DNA of 64,000 nt from Chiloscyllium plagiosum (lineage: Eukaryota): positions 9,395,804 to 9,459,803 of the forward strand of contig NC_057719.1 in the NCBI RefSeq assembly GCF_004010195.1, written 5' to 3'. Shown here in pieces: positions 39,225 to 51,498 of the stretch. The position numbers and the translations under genes are program-made. How positions within the stretch are numbered: the first letter of the stretch is position 1; every line of letters begins with the position of its first letter. A model generated the notes under the pieces. It worked only from the letters and a program-made list of their open reading frames with translations, searched no databases and had not been told where the DNA came from.

Positions 39225-39561
39225 AACATGACACCAATTGTTAAAGTTCACTTGAGAACGTAACTTTCAAAAAGGTTTTGCAATTTACATATGAAAGAAC
39301 TGAAACTGACATGGTCATTCTAACAGATGAGAGACTTAATAAACAATCCAGGTCTTTTTCAATATATAATTTCAGTTGCATCACACTGTAAACTTTTACT
39401 ATAAATTCTGTGTCTTACAATGTTATACTCCACAACCATCTGATGAAGGAGCAGCGCTCCGAAAGCTAGTGCTTCCAATTAAACCTGTTGGACTATAACC
39501 TGGTGTTGTGTGGTTTTTAACTTTGTACACCCCAGTCCAACACCGGCATCTCCAAATTATG
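39225..39561 (+). mobile_element. PLE pLTR-derived element (family B)
   Basis: Ends ttaactttgtacaccccagtccaacaccggcatctcc, like the copies at 39651 and 52469; contains a hammerhead core. Confidence 0.75.
39437..39471 (+). ncRNA. Minimal type I hammerhead ribozyme motif (family B)
   Basis: CAU CUGAUGA A GGAGC AGC GCUCC GAAA GC UA GUG; 5-bp stem II, stem I CAU/GUG. Confidence 0.75.
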
Positions 39562-39650
39562 GGAAAGGAGTCTTCTTACAGTTCAGCTGTTAATTGGCAG
39601 TGGCTGTGAACCACCTCAATCTCGATCAAAATGGCTCCTAATCAGTACAG

Positions 39651-39959
39651 AGTTAAAAATCACACAACACCAGGTTATAGTCCAACAGCTTTATTTGAAA
39701 GTACAAGTTTTTAGATTTCTAAGTGATTAAAGACTGAACAGCAATCTAGGTTTGTTCAATACATCGCATCAGTTGTATGACACTTTGATCTTTTACTATA
39801 AATTCTCTGTGTCCTCTGTGATCCTGCCCCACTAACTACCTGATAAAGGAGCAGTGCTCTGAAAGCTTGTAATTTCAAATAAAGCTGTTGGACTATAACC
39901 TGGTGTGGTGTGATTTTTAACTTTATCCACCCTAGTCCAGCACCAGTATTTCCACATCA
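39651..39959 (+). mobile_element. PLE-derived element (family B) with inverted 5' arm
   Basis: 39651-39707 is the reverse complement of about 39866-39922; taatcag flanks both sides (39639-39645, 39960-39966). Confidence 0.78.
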
Positions 39960-40119
39960 TAATCAGAAACATGAAATGGCCTTTTGATTCAACAACTTCA
40001 CAGAAACCCCACATCAGTAGTTGATGCGACGGGTGAAACGTATCACACTGCCTTCCTCCTCAACTTCAGGTTAAGATGTTAAAACAGGGAGTAAGATGTT
40101 CCAATTTTCACTTTACCCA

Positions 40120-40600
40120 AGCTGTACAAAGGGAGTGGTATATTGGAATAAGGAAGCCTTGTTACAATTGTGTAGGGCATTGGTAAGACCTAATCTGGAA
40201 CATCACATGTAGGTTTGATCTTCATATTTAAGGAAGGATATACCTCCGAAGGAGATGGTACAGCAAAGGTTTACGAAATTGGTCCTTGGGACAAAAGGAC
40301 TGTCCTACAACAAAAGGCCAGGTAAATTCTCAGGATGTTTAAAAGAATGAGAGGTGATCTTATTCAAACATGCAAGATTCTGAAGGGACTTGACGGATAT
40401 GTTTTCTGCTGGTCTTTGAAATTAAAATATGGGGACATAATCTTAGGGTAAGACATTCAACATTTAGGACTGACATGAAGAGAAATATCTCCACTTAAAG
40501 AGTTGTGAACTTGTTGAATTCTCTCTCCCAGGGGATTGAGGGTGCTCTATTACATTTATCTGGGATAGACAGATATTTCGTCCCTCAGATAATCGAGGGG
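40120..40600 (+). mobile_element. Old CR1 ORF2 C-terminal fragment
   Basis: EYWNKEALLQLCRALVRPNLEH...RMRGDLIQTCKILKGLD. Confidence 0.7.
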
Positions 40601-40744
40601 TAATAATTGCTTTGTAGTCGACTTTCAAGTCTGGTTCTTGTCCCTGGTTCTGATGAGTGCAAGACAAAAAGCTTCAAACTCCATTTAGCAGTTGATTGAG
40701 GAGCAAACAGGGGAAGAGCAGTTGAAAGAAAGCAAAATACTGCA

Positions 40745-41440
40745 CAGAAATTTTCTTGTACACACTTAACAAATTACTCTCCAACTAAATCCTTCACACC
40801 ATGGCAGTCCCAGTCTATGTTTGGAAAGTTAAAATCCCCTACCACAAACACCCTATTATTCTTACAGATAACTGAGATCTCCTTACAAATTTGTTTCTCA
40901 ATTTCCCTCTGACTATTAGGGTGTCTATAATACAATCCCAGTAAGGTAATCATCCCTTTGTTATTTCTCAGGTCCACCCAAATAACTTCCCTGGATGTAT
41001 TTCCGGGAATATCCTCCCTCAATACAGCTGAAATGCTATCCTTTATCAAAAACACCACTCCCCCTCCTCTCTAGCCTCCCTTTCTATCCTTCCTGTAGCA
41101 TTTGTATCCTGGAACATTAAGCTGCCAGTCCTGTCCATCTGTAATTGCTATGATATAGGTTTAGGGTGAGAGGGGAAAGATATAAAAGAGATCTAAGAGG
41201 CAACTTTTTCACGCAGAGGGTGGTATGTGTATGGAATGAGATGTCAGAGGAAGTGGTGGAGGCTAGTAAAATTGCAGCATTTAAAAGGCATCTAGATGGG
41301 TATACGAATATGAATTTGGAAGGATATGGGCCAGGTGCTGGCAGGTGGGACTAGATTGGGTTAGGATATCTGGTCAGCATAGACGGGTTGGACCGAAGGG
41401 TCTGTTTCTGTGCTGTACATCTCTATGACTCTACGACTCT
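40745..41440 (+). mobile_element. CR1 insertion with inverted 5' segment (EN domain on minus, 40745-41156; 3' end on plus, 41155-41440) and 8-bp TSD
   Basis: Minus: GGGVVFLIKD...GLYYRHPNS...VVGDFNFPNIDW; plus: GNFFTQRVVCVWNE and tail; TSD atactgca at 40737-40744 and 41441-41448. Confidence 0.88.
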
Positions 41441-42912
41441 ATACTGCAGATACTGGAAATCTGAAATTAAAAAAAGCAGAAAGTGCTGGAGAAACTCAGC
41501 AGCTCTGGTAGCATCTTCGGAAAGTGAAACAGAGTTAACATTTTGAGTCCAGTGTGGTTTCAACTCCACTTCTGAAGAAAAGCCAAGATTGGCCATGATT
41601 GTACTGACAGTACAGCAGTCTCAAGGGGCTGAATGGTCTACTCCTGTTCCCATTTATTTTCTTTTTGTACGTGACTTTGGAATGCTTAAATGATAACCGT
41701 GGATGGAAGAAATAAACCAATAGGTGTATTGCCTGGCATAGACATCTCCTGTCTTGACAAGTGCCTTTCAAGACTTTGCAGTGAAATAAAACATTCCTTT
41801 GTGTGCATGCAAATTCCTTTTTCATTGACAAAGATTGCTTTCCTATTGACTTGAAACGTTACTCATACATGATGTAACATGGTGAGTGAGGTGCACAAAT
41901 CGTTTATGATGGGTTTTTTTCTCTCCTTCAGTTTCATTCTTGTGAAGAATTAGGGCATTTCTCTGAAATGATGCCACATCAGTTTCAATTCCAGTTTCCA
42001 CAAACGAAAGGCAATGTAACATAAGGGTAGAAATTCCTGTTGGCAATAGAAACAAGTGAAAGCTGAAGACATTTGCATGACACTCGTCTCTGCCCTCAAT
42101 CTAATTGCAAGAATTAACCTATATTTCTTTTTTCTTCATGTAGGAGGGGTTGGAGATACTCAGACTATTTCCCCCGGGGGCAGAGATGTTTCAGGGTAGG
42201 CTGACTAAACATTTTCAAATTATGAAGGATTTCGAACAGCGAGAGATCATTTTGTATGGCTCGGGAGTCAGTGGAAAGAGGTCATCGATTTAAAGTTGTC
42301 GCTAAGAGACAGTGAAAAAAACGAGAAATTTCGTTATGAAGGGAGGCACTGGACTGTGGAATGTTTAGCCAAAGGAAATAGTCAAGATAGAGACCATTAT
42401 GTCATTTAAAGGAAAACTGAATAGACTTTCCCTTTTATGCTCCTGAAGCAGAAACAGATACAGGACTGGGGAGAGAGAGAGAACAACAGAAACTGCGAGG
42501 TCGAAAATGGTTGCTCCATGACACATTCCTTTGATATTGTTTTCATTCAAATGGTGCATGAGATATCACATGAATGCACTAAATGAAGCGATTAAGTATT
42601 GCATATACAACAGTACAGTATATGTGCGTACAGACAAAATAGTGTTGTGCATTGTACACATTTGAATTAAGCAATGCAGAAATAATGCTAGTATTTAAAT
42701 ACACAAATCTTTTTGGCAAGATTTATGAAAGGTCTCTGCTATCCTTCCAGCTCAGCTTCTAATGGTTTATTCTGTTGCTTATCTCTGAGTCAACACCCAA
42801 GTTTCACCAATTAAATGCAGTGAGCATAGATCATTTATTAGACGTACATAGAATGACTGAACATGCCAGCTGGCTTCATACAATGCTGTGGGGGTGCTCC
42901 AGCAATTTCCAC

Positions 42913-43199
42913 TGCAGTGATTGGAATGAGGTTGGCTCGGTGGATTTCATTCAGCATGCGTTCCCTGACTGGGGCTGGTAATGTGGCCTAATCAGGGAGC
43001 CCTGGCTGACTGATATAAACAGGAGTATGTGTGGTGTTGTGGTAATGTCACTAAACAAATAACCCATAAACAGGAGTGTCAGACAGTCTCCTTTCTCTCA
43101 CGTCTGGCTCTGAACAAGCTGGCCAGAGTGCAGATACTGTGCACATGTAAGTAAAGGGTGACTTTGTGATGGGCCACCAGCCTCTATGCAATTATTTCA
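42913..43199 (+). mobile_element. Solo-LTR-like element (TG...CA)
   Basis: Homologous to 57196-57850: tg(c/t)agtgattgga...aatcagggagccctggctgac, TATA box, a(g/a)taaagggtgactt...atttca. Confidence 0.7.
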
Positions 43200-43329
43200 T
43201 CTGCAAAACTAGAAAATTCATCTGTATTTTACCTGTTTATCCTTTATTTTTCTGCATACACCTTGTATTTTTTCTCATCTGATTATTGTACCAGAGGGGC
43301 ATACTCAGAGGTGAGACAATAACCTGGTG

Positions 43330-44480
43330 GTGATCTCAGGGGACTCACATTCCAAAGGTTCAGGCTTAATATTCCAGGAATGTTGTTCCAAATTCTACTG
43401 AGGCAGCTGGTGGAATTTAATGTTAATAAATAAATCGGAGCGCTGATCATGAAACTACTTGCAGTAAAACCCCAACTGGTTAACTAATGTCCCTTTGGGA
43501 AGGAAATAGAACATAGAACAGTACAGCACAGTACAGGCCCTTTGGCCCTAGATGTTGTACTGACCTTTCATCCTACCCTAAGATCAAACTATCCTACATA
43601 CCCTACATTTTACTATCATCTGTGTGTCTACCCAAGAGTCGCTTAAATGTCCGAATATCTCTGCCTCTACTACCACCACTCCACAAACCCACAACTCCAT
43701 GTGTAAAGAACCTGCCCATGACATCTCTCCTAAACCCCCCCTTCAATCACCTTAAAATTGTGCCCTCTCATTGTAGACATTTCCACCCTGGGAAAAAGTC
43801 TCTGGCTATCCACTCTATCTATGCCTCACATCATCTTGTTCACCTCTATCAAGTCACCCCTCATCCTTCTTCGCTCCAGTGAGAAAAGCCCTAGCTCCCT
43901 CAATCTTTCTTTATAAGAAGTGCCCTCCAGTCCAGGCAGCATCCTGGTAAATCTCCTCAGCACCCTGTCTAAAGCTTCCACACACTTTCTCTACTGAGGT
44001 GACTGGAACTGAACACAATATTCCAAATATGCCATCATTGCCCAATCGGACCTACGTGTAAGTCTGGACAACGTAGTTGACACTTAACTGCCCTCTGAAA
44101 TCATAGAATCCCGACAGTGTGGAAGCAGCCCTTTCGGCCCATCGAGTCCACACAAACCCTGTGAAGGGCATCCCCCCCAGGATCCCTCCATCCTCTAAAC
44201 CTACATTTCCCAAGGCCAATCCACCTAACCTGCATGTTTTTGGACTGTGGCAGGAAACTGGAGCACCCGGAATAACCCAACACAGACATGGGGAGAACGT
44301 GCAAACTCCACACAGACAGTCACCTGGGGGTGAAATTGAACCCAGGTCTCTGGAGTTGTGAGGCATCAGTGCTAACTACTGAGGCACCGAACTGTAACTA
44401 AGGAAACCATACAATTCAAGGGAAATTGAGGATGGGCAATAACTGCTGACCTGTCCATTGTGATCTGCATGAAAGAATGC
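43330..44480 (+). mobile_element. DeuSINE-like SINE split by a CR1 3' fragment (43508-44028, minus) and an HE1 SINE (44100-44389, minus)
   Basis: SINE core ...ggaaggaaat resumes as atgccatc after the CR1; ...actgccctctgaaa resumes after the HE1 with the gggcaataa tail. Confidence 0.75.
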
Positions 44481-44619
44481 ACTATTTGAAACAAAATCCT
44501 TCACATGAGGTTCCAGACCCTTGCTAAGGAGCCCCAGGGTGCACTGACTGCTATTCAGTACTTCCCACACCAATAATTCAACAGTGAATCTGAGTGAACA
44601 GGCAGCTGAGCGTCAATAG

Positions 44620-44791
44620 GTTGACAGGCAGGAGGATGGAAGAACACAGCAAGCCAGGCAGCATCAGGAGGTGGAGAAGTCAATGTTTCGGGTGGAACCC
44701 TCTCCACCTCCTGATGCTGCCTGGCTTGCTGTGTTCTCCAAGCCTGCTATTTGTCGACCTTGGATTCTAGCAACTGCAGCTTTTTTGTCTC
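44620..44791 (+). mobile_element. PLE pLTR-derived fold-back insertion (family C)
   Basis: agaacacagcaagccaggcagcatcaggaggtggaga is mirrored by tctccacctcctgatgctgcctggcttgctgtgttct; flanks gagcgtcaatag / gagcttcaacag (10/12 match). Confidence 0.78.
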
Positions 44792-44817
44792 GAGCTTCAA
44801 CAGTTCACTTGGAGGTA

Positions 44818-46140
44818 CTCAAGAAGGGGAGTCGAGACAACCCTGGTAATTATAGACTAGTGAGCCTTACTTCGATTGTGGATAATGTGTTGGAAAAGGT
44901 TATAAGATAGAGGATTTATAATCATCTAGAGAGGAATAAGTTGATTCGGGATAGTCAACATGGTTTTGAAGGGTAGGTTGTGACTCACAAACCTTATTGA
45001 TTTCTTTGAGATGGTGACCAAACAGATGGATGAGAGTAAAGCGGTTGATGTGGTGTCTCTGGATTTTAGTAAGGCATTTGATAAGGTGCCCAACAGTAGG
45101 GTATTGCAGAAAATACAAAGGCATGGGACTGAAGGTGATTGGCTAGCTAAAAGAATACAGAGGATGGTGGTTGATGACGAATGTTCATCCTGAAGTGGAG
45201 TTACTAGTGGTGTACCACAAGGATCTGTTTTGGGTCCACTGCTGATTATCATTTTTATAAATGACCTAGATGAGGGTGTGGAGGACGGGTTAGTAAATTT
45301 GCGGATGACACTAAGGTTAGAGGAGTTGTGGATAGTGACGAAGGATGTAGTAGGTTGCAGAGAGACATAGATAAGCTGCAAAGCTGGGCTGAGTGGTGGC
45401 AAATGGAGTTTAATGCGGACAAATGTGAGGTGATTCACTTTGGAAGGAGCACCAGGAATGCAGAGTACTGGGTGAATGGTAAGATTCTCGGTAGTGTAGA
45501 AGAGCAGAGAGATCTCGGTGTCAATGTAAATAGATCCCTGAAAGTTGCCACCCAGGTTGATAGGGTTATCAAGAAGGCATACGGTGTGTTAGCTTTTACT
45601 AGTAGAGGGATTATGTTTAGGAGGTCACGCTGCAGCTATACAAAACTCTGATATAGCCACACTTGGATTCTGGTCACTGCATTATAGGAATGATATGGAA
45701 GCTTTGGAAAGGGTGCAGAGGAGATTTACTAGGATGCTGCCTGGTATGGAGGGAAAGTCTTATGAAAAAGGCTGAGAAAACTTGAGGCTGTTTTTGTTAG
45801 AGAGAAGGAGGTTGACAGATGACTTAATTGAGACATATAAGATAATCAGAGGGTTAGATAGGGTGGACAAGAAGAGCCTTTTTCCTCAAATGGTAAAGGC
45901 TAGCATGAGGGGGCATAGCTTTAAATTGAGGGGTGATCGATATAGGACAGATGTCAGAGGTAGTTTCTTTACTCAGAGAGTAGACTCGCAAACTCTAAGA
46001 GCATTTAAATGGTCATTGGATAAACATATGGATGAAAGTGGAATAGTGTGTATGGCATAGACAGGCTTCCGATTGGTCCCACAGGTTGGCACAACATTGA
46101 GGGCCGAAGGGCCTGTACTGTGCTAAAATGTTCTGTGTAC
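44818..46140 (+). mobile_element. CR1 LINE, 5'-truncated (RT to tail)
   Basis: [53 protein letters not shown], 3' UTR. Confidence 0.93.
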
Positions 46141-46179
46141 TCACGATCACTTGCAATTCTGCTCCAGTGCAGCCCTGAT

Positions 46180-46705
46180 CGGGCCACTTGTAGTATTCTG
46201 CGTACAATTCTGGCCACCTTTCTACAGGAAGGATAATGTTGAACTTGAGCGGGTACAGAAAAGATTTACAAGGATGTTGCCAGGGTTGGAGGGTTTGAGC
46301 TCCAGGCAGAAACTAAATTCTCCCTGGAGCGTCGGAGGCTAAAGGGTGACCTTATAGAGGTTTATAAAATCATGCGGGGCATAATTAGGGTGAAAAGACA
46401 AGGTATTTTCCCCAGGAGAAGGGGGTCCTAAATTAGAGAGCACTAAGTTTAAGGTGAGAGGGGAAAGATTTCAAAGGGACCGGAGAGGTAACTTCTTCAC
46501 ACAGAGAGTGGTGCATGTATGGAATGAGCTGCCAGAGGAAGTGGTGAAGGTGGGTACAATTACAACATTTAAAAGGCATTTGGAATGGTATACGAATAGG
46601 AATATGGGCCAAGTGCTGGAAAACAGGACTAGATCACATTGGGATGCCTGGTCAGTGCGGACAAGATGGTCCAAAGGGTCTGTTTCCATGTTGTGTGACT
46701 CTATG
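46180..46705 (+). mobile_element. CR1/HER1 3' fragment
   Basis: CVQFWPPFYRKDNVELERVQKRFTRMLPG...GNFFTQRVVHVWNELP; gactctatg tail. Confidence 0.9.
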
Positions 46706-47301
46706 AGATTGGTACAATGTTGATGGAACCCAAGCTGAGCTTTCTCCCTTCTTCACCCTCAGGCATTGAGGTTATCTAGACACAACGGAGATAAGCTGGT
46801 TCACCTCAGTCTGAAAATTGAGTGTGGGGTCTCACCATTGCACTGGAGTGCTCAAATTGATCGGGGCTCATACTCTGCACTTTAAACCCACTACCCACCA
46901 GCTTTCATCTGTGACTCAGCACTGTTGTCCCTGAACAGCACTGTCTCTATAGCCCCAAGGACTGCAGCAGTTTAACGAGGTATCTCAACATCACATCCTC
47001 CAAGGCAATTGGGGATGGGCAATAAACTCTCACCTAGCCAGTGATGCCTACGTCCCATGAACAAATTTAAAAAAGAATCAGCCATTTGTAGTTTCAGGCC
47101 CTTGTCATTTCGGAGCTTTAATCAACACAGACTGTTCAGCTGAGAGTGCTGTTGGAGGTATCACCCTACGAGTGAAGTTGGGACACTGCCTATTCTTCCA
47201 GCAACTTGTCAAATATCCCGTGGCGCTGCCATGAAGAGGAGCAGCACTGGCCGTGATACCCTGACCATCCCTTGAATGAAATGCGTTACTCTGTCGTTCA
47301 C

Positions 47302-47508
47302 CTTGTTGCTCTCTGTGGAAGCCGGCAGTCTGGAAACTGACTGCTGCATTACAGCCATGCCAGTACTTGGAAGATTAGACCTTGTGGGCTGCAAGGGGAT
47401 GTCAGAGGAGAAAAGGCAGTATGTAAATACATCTCCTGTCTGACTTCCCGAGCTGTCTTCACTGAATTCAGCTTCCAAGCTGTCCCTGCACTCAGTCGTG
47501 TGGAAGCA
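47302..47508 (-). CDS. Candidate internal coding exon of an unidentified host gene (207 nt, phase 0/0)
   Basis: Acceptor ctgatttcttccccAG; open frame CFHTTECRDSLEAEFSEDSSGSQTGD...ASTESNK; donor AAG/GTgaac; unique sequence; no recognisable homology. Confidence 0.22.
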
Positions 47509-48439
47509 CTGGGGAAGAAATCAGGCAGAGACACCGGAATATCGAAATTTGAGTAAACAGGGATGATGCTTAATGCGCAATGAGATATGATTTTTAAAAC
47601 AGACCAGGGTTGCTGGGTAATGTATGCTCTGAGTGCACATTCCCTTGAAGAGTTATATTCATAAGCAGTGACCTCTTGGTGTCTACAGTTTTCATTATCT
47701 ACAATGAAAGCTGATGCTTGGTAATGCAGAGCAAATTACATTCTCAATCCTGTCACATAGATGCAATCAAGTCTTTGCAAGATGCCAAGAGGCGGTCTCT
47801 TTGGGAGGGGGAGCTGGGAAGGGTGGGGTGTCAGTTGTCAATATCTGCCAGGCTCATTACTATAATTTTGGAGCTGAGTTCACCGTCACAAAAGAGGACG
47901 CATTAACAATACGATGGTGCAATGTTCAGAATTGCACCATTTGAGTGGCCCTCTTTATCTCTCACACAGACGCTCGCTCTCTTCAAAATCAAAATTCTAT
48001 TCATGTAAGTCACTCCCCGGATTGTGGCTGGTGAGAGGGAAGAGAAAAGACAAGAGATAATGATTCATAATTACAAGTAATAGCAGCCAAAGTGAGGAAC
48101 AAGCGAATTAAATTGCAGCCTGCTCCCATCGGACCCACAGTGAGGGGTCACAGCAAGTCAGTTGGAGCTTCCCAAATGCCTTTGATCAAACTCCTTTGTG
48201 ATACAGCTTCAGATTCTAGTCATCCTGGCTGGAAACGAGGAAGGAAGGGGGGGAGGGAGACAACAAAATTAAACGTGCTGTTTGCTTCTTAACTGGCGCC
48301 GATTCAACAGAAGAAGATGAAAGCTTATCGAGGAACATTTAGGAATGTAGAGTTGAGGTTAAAATCAGATCAGCCGTGATCTGATTGAATGGTGAAGCTG
48401 GCTTTAAGGGCTGAGTGGCCTGCTCCTGTTCCTTGCCAA

Positions 48440-49015
48440 AGACAAGAAATGCTGGAGGTGACAGCAAGTCAGACAGTATTCATGGAAAGAGAGCAAGCTA
48501 ATGTTTCCGAATCTAGATGACACTTTGTCAGAGCTGATGTGAAGTGTGGAGGGGACAACGCTTATGCAATTGTGCGGGGGGGGGATGGGGGGAGTGGAGG
48601 GAACCTGGTGGGGGTGGATGGAGTGCTAGCGGAAGAAAGGATGTTGATAATTTGGATTAAGTGATTGGAATGTGAGTCAAAGATCCAAAGATGTGCTGGT
48701 CATGGGTACGGAAATGGGTCTGCGTGTGTTACTCTTCAGAGGGTCAGTGTTAGATTTGTTTGGCCAAACGGCCTGTTTCCACACTGCAGGGAATCTAATC
48801 AATGGTGTGTCTAACTGTCAGACTGAAAAGGACAGTAACTGGGATGAGGTGAGAAGAGAGGGGAATGGTGACAGAGAGTGTAACAAAAGAAGTGAAAAGG
48901 GAGGGAAGGAACTTGAGTGGGTTCATAATTTGAAGGTCTTGAATTCAATACGAAGTCCAGAAAGTTGTAAGGTGCCTTGTCTGAAGGTGAGATGTTGTTC
49001 TTCTAGTTTGTGTGT
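48440..49015 (-). mobile_element. Old PLE 3' end, interrupted by an HE1 fragment (about 48676-48800)
   Basis: Minus frame KLEEQHLTFRQGTLQLSGLRIEFKTF; downstream sequence matches 61620-61700 and 62030-62180. Confidence 0.75.
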
Positions 49016-50949
49016 TAAGTACCATCACAGGAAGATGAATACCTTGGCATTTGCCAACAACAACTTGCGCCTCATTGTTTTCATCCCAACATTCAAACTG
49101 CTTTTCTGTCACATCAACATTTTTTGATCACCAATAAATCAAAGTATTCAAAGAAAAATGAAAATAAAATGCAAACACTTTGTGTATCCCTTCTTTTGGC
49201 CTCCCACCAGGGAACGAGAAGTGAGCTTAATGTTATTTCTGGGAATTCCTGAATAACCCTTGGCAAATTGAACTCTGAGGATTAACTGAACCTCTCTCTA
49301 AAACCTTCCATTAAACCTTGCAAATAAACCAGGAGAGATAAGCGTTTTTCTTTTCCTCTCAGAAAATCCTTATTGCAGAAAATGTGAGTGGTTTCCAAAG
49401 AAATTTTGCTCTTGGAGTAACAGGTCGTTCATTAAATTGTTAATAATGAGCGAGACAGACAGCTCCCTATAATCTGCTGTGAGATTTCAGTAGCAATTTC
49501 CGGAGTGCTTGCAAGAAATGTAAATGATAGTATGGTGTAAAATAAAAACAAGAGGATGAAACCTCCAGGATGCTGAAAAACCAGACAACCTTGAATTCAA
49601 CAAGTGGCTATCAGTTCATTATTAGCAAATCTGTTGCATTGGACATAGCCCAGTTTGCTAGCGATCTCACATGGGAGCACTGAGAGGGTGGACAGTGGTG
49701 TCTGAGCTGAGGCTCTTGTACATGTTTTAGGTATTAGAGCCATGCAGAATTTCAAAGATTCTTGTTCTGTTATGTACCAGTTTCAAAATATCACTGCAAT
49801 CAAAAAAATAATACTTGTACTCATGATGAGAGCTCAAGCTTCTAAAATCTCTGTAAGTGTCTGTTCCCCTTGCTCTGAGCCCTCACCCAGGCCTAAGCAG
49901 TCACACACAGCGAGTACAGATCAGTCACCAGCCACACATAATCAAACGCAGATCAGTGGAGTTGCTGAACGTTGTCTGCCTTCTCAGGTGGACAACGGAG
50001 AATCCCACAGCACTATTACAAAGAAGAGCTGCACTTGGTGTCTGGACTATTGATCTATCTTCAATCAACATGATTTTTGTTCAGTAAGCACAGAGTTAAT
50101 GCAGTTTGTAAAAGAAGGAACTGCGATTTGAAAAAAAAAACTTTTCTCACACAGTGAGGAGTTAAGGCCTGGAATGTGCTGCTTGGAAGTGAGGTGGAGG
50201 CAGATTCAAACAAGACACTCACGAGTGCATTAGGTGATCAGGGCTACAGGGAAAAGGCAGGGAATTGGTATCTAAATTAATATACTCAGGGAGCTGGTGC
50301 AGACACAATGGACTGAACAGTCTCCTTCTTCACTACAATAATTCACTGGTTACGGGGATGGCGAGCAGGGAAGTGCGGTTGGGACTGTGCTCTTATTGAA
50401 TGATCGAGGAGACCTGAAAGAGTAAATGGCCTATCCCTCCTCTTGTTTATTTGTAAGTTGTGTTCTTATGAAGCACATTATTTTTATGGCTTTGAGCAAA
50501 TTGACTCCCTCACTCGATACAGTAAAACAGCTACCACACTTCAGGAGTACTTCACTGGCTTTTTTTGTTGCAATTAAGGACATGGATGCATTTATATTAA
50601 AATGAGTCACTGCCTGAAATTTAATCAAGTGTTAGAATTATTATCATGTTCTCTTCCTTCATTCAATGGATGCTGGATCCTACAGGATTGCTGCTCTCTT
50701 GTCAAATGCTGTAAATAAATTCATGCACCACAATTAATTACTGCAGTTAATTGTGAGATGAGACTTGTGACTTCCAATTTCCTTGTATTAAATGTAGACA
50801 CCGTCTCTCAGGCCTTTAAGGCCCACACCTGCCATATGAGTGTGTGAGGCTGAGGATAAAGGCATGAACCATCAATCATCAAGGTGAGTTGGCTTGTGTG
50901 TGTGTGTTTGTGTGTGGGGCAGAGGGGGAACTGGTGATGTTTTTAACAG

Positions 50950-51255
50950 GGACAAGTCCAGACCGACTGTCCACAGAGTAACCCACTCAGACCCTTTCCC
51001 CTACTCTATTACTCTACATTTAACCCTGACTAATGCACCTAACCTACACATCCCTGAATACTATGGGCAATTTAGCATGGCCAATGCACCTAATCTGGAC
51101 ATCTTTGGATTATGGGTGGAAACCGGAGACCCGGAGGAAACCCACACAGACATGGGGAAAATATGCAAACTCCACACAGACAGTCACCCGAGACTGGAAT
51201 CAAACCTTCGTTCCTGGCCCTGTGAGGCAGCAGTACTATCCACTGAGCCACTGTG
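50950..51255 (-). mobile_element. HE1-type V-SINE
   Basis: Head and V core on the minus strand. Confidence 0.87.
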
Positions 51256-51329
51256 TCTTCTACCAGGAATCTGGACATGAACGTGGGAAAGTGATTTAGC
51301 TGGTTATTTTCACTGAAAATCACGACATT

Positions 51330-51498
51330 CTCTTTTCCATTACAGAGAGATGGCTGGTGGTGAGTTTAAGGTGAGGGTGGCCACCCCTTTGGGGAAGGGT
51401 AAGGTTGAGAGGGCATAGCCTTCATGATGACCTCAGATGGAGCAGGAATTGACTTTAGATCGCTCTACATCACAAATCAGCCATCCAGTTAATCTGAC
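51330..51498 (-). mobile_element. Degenerate tRNA-derived SINE of another family
   Basis: Minus: ctggatggctgatttgtgatg...gtcaattcc (B-box-like)...ctcaacct...ccctcaccttaaactcaccaccagcc. Confidence 0.45.
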
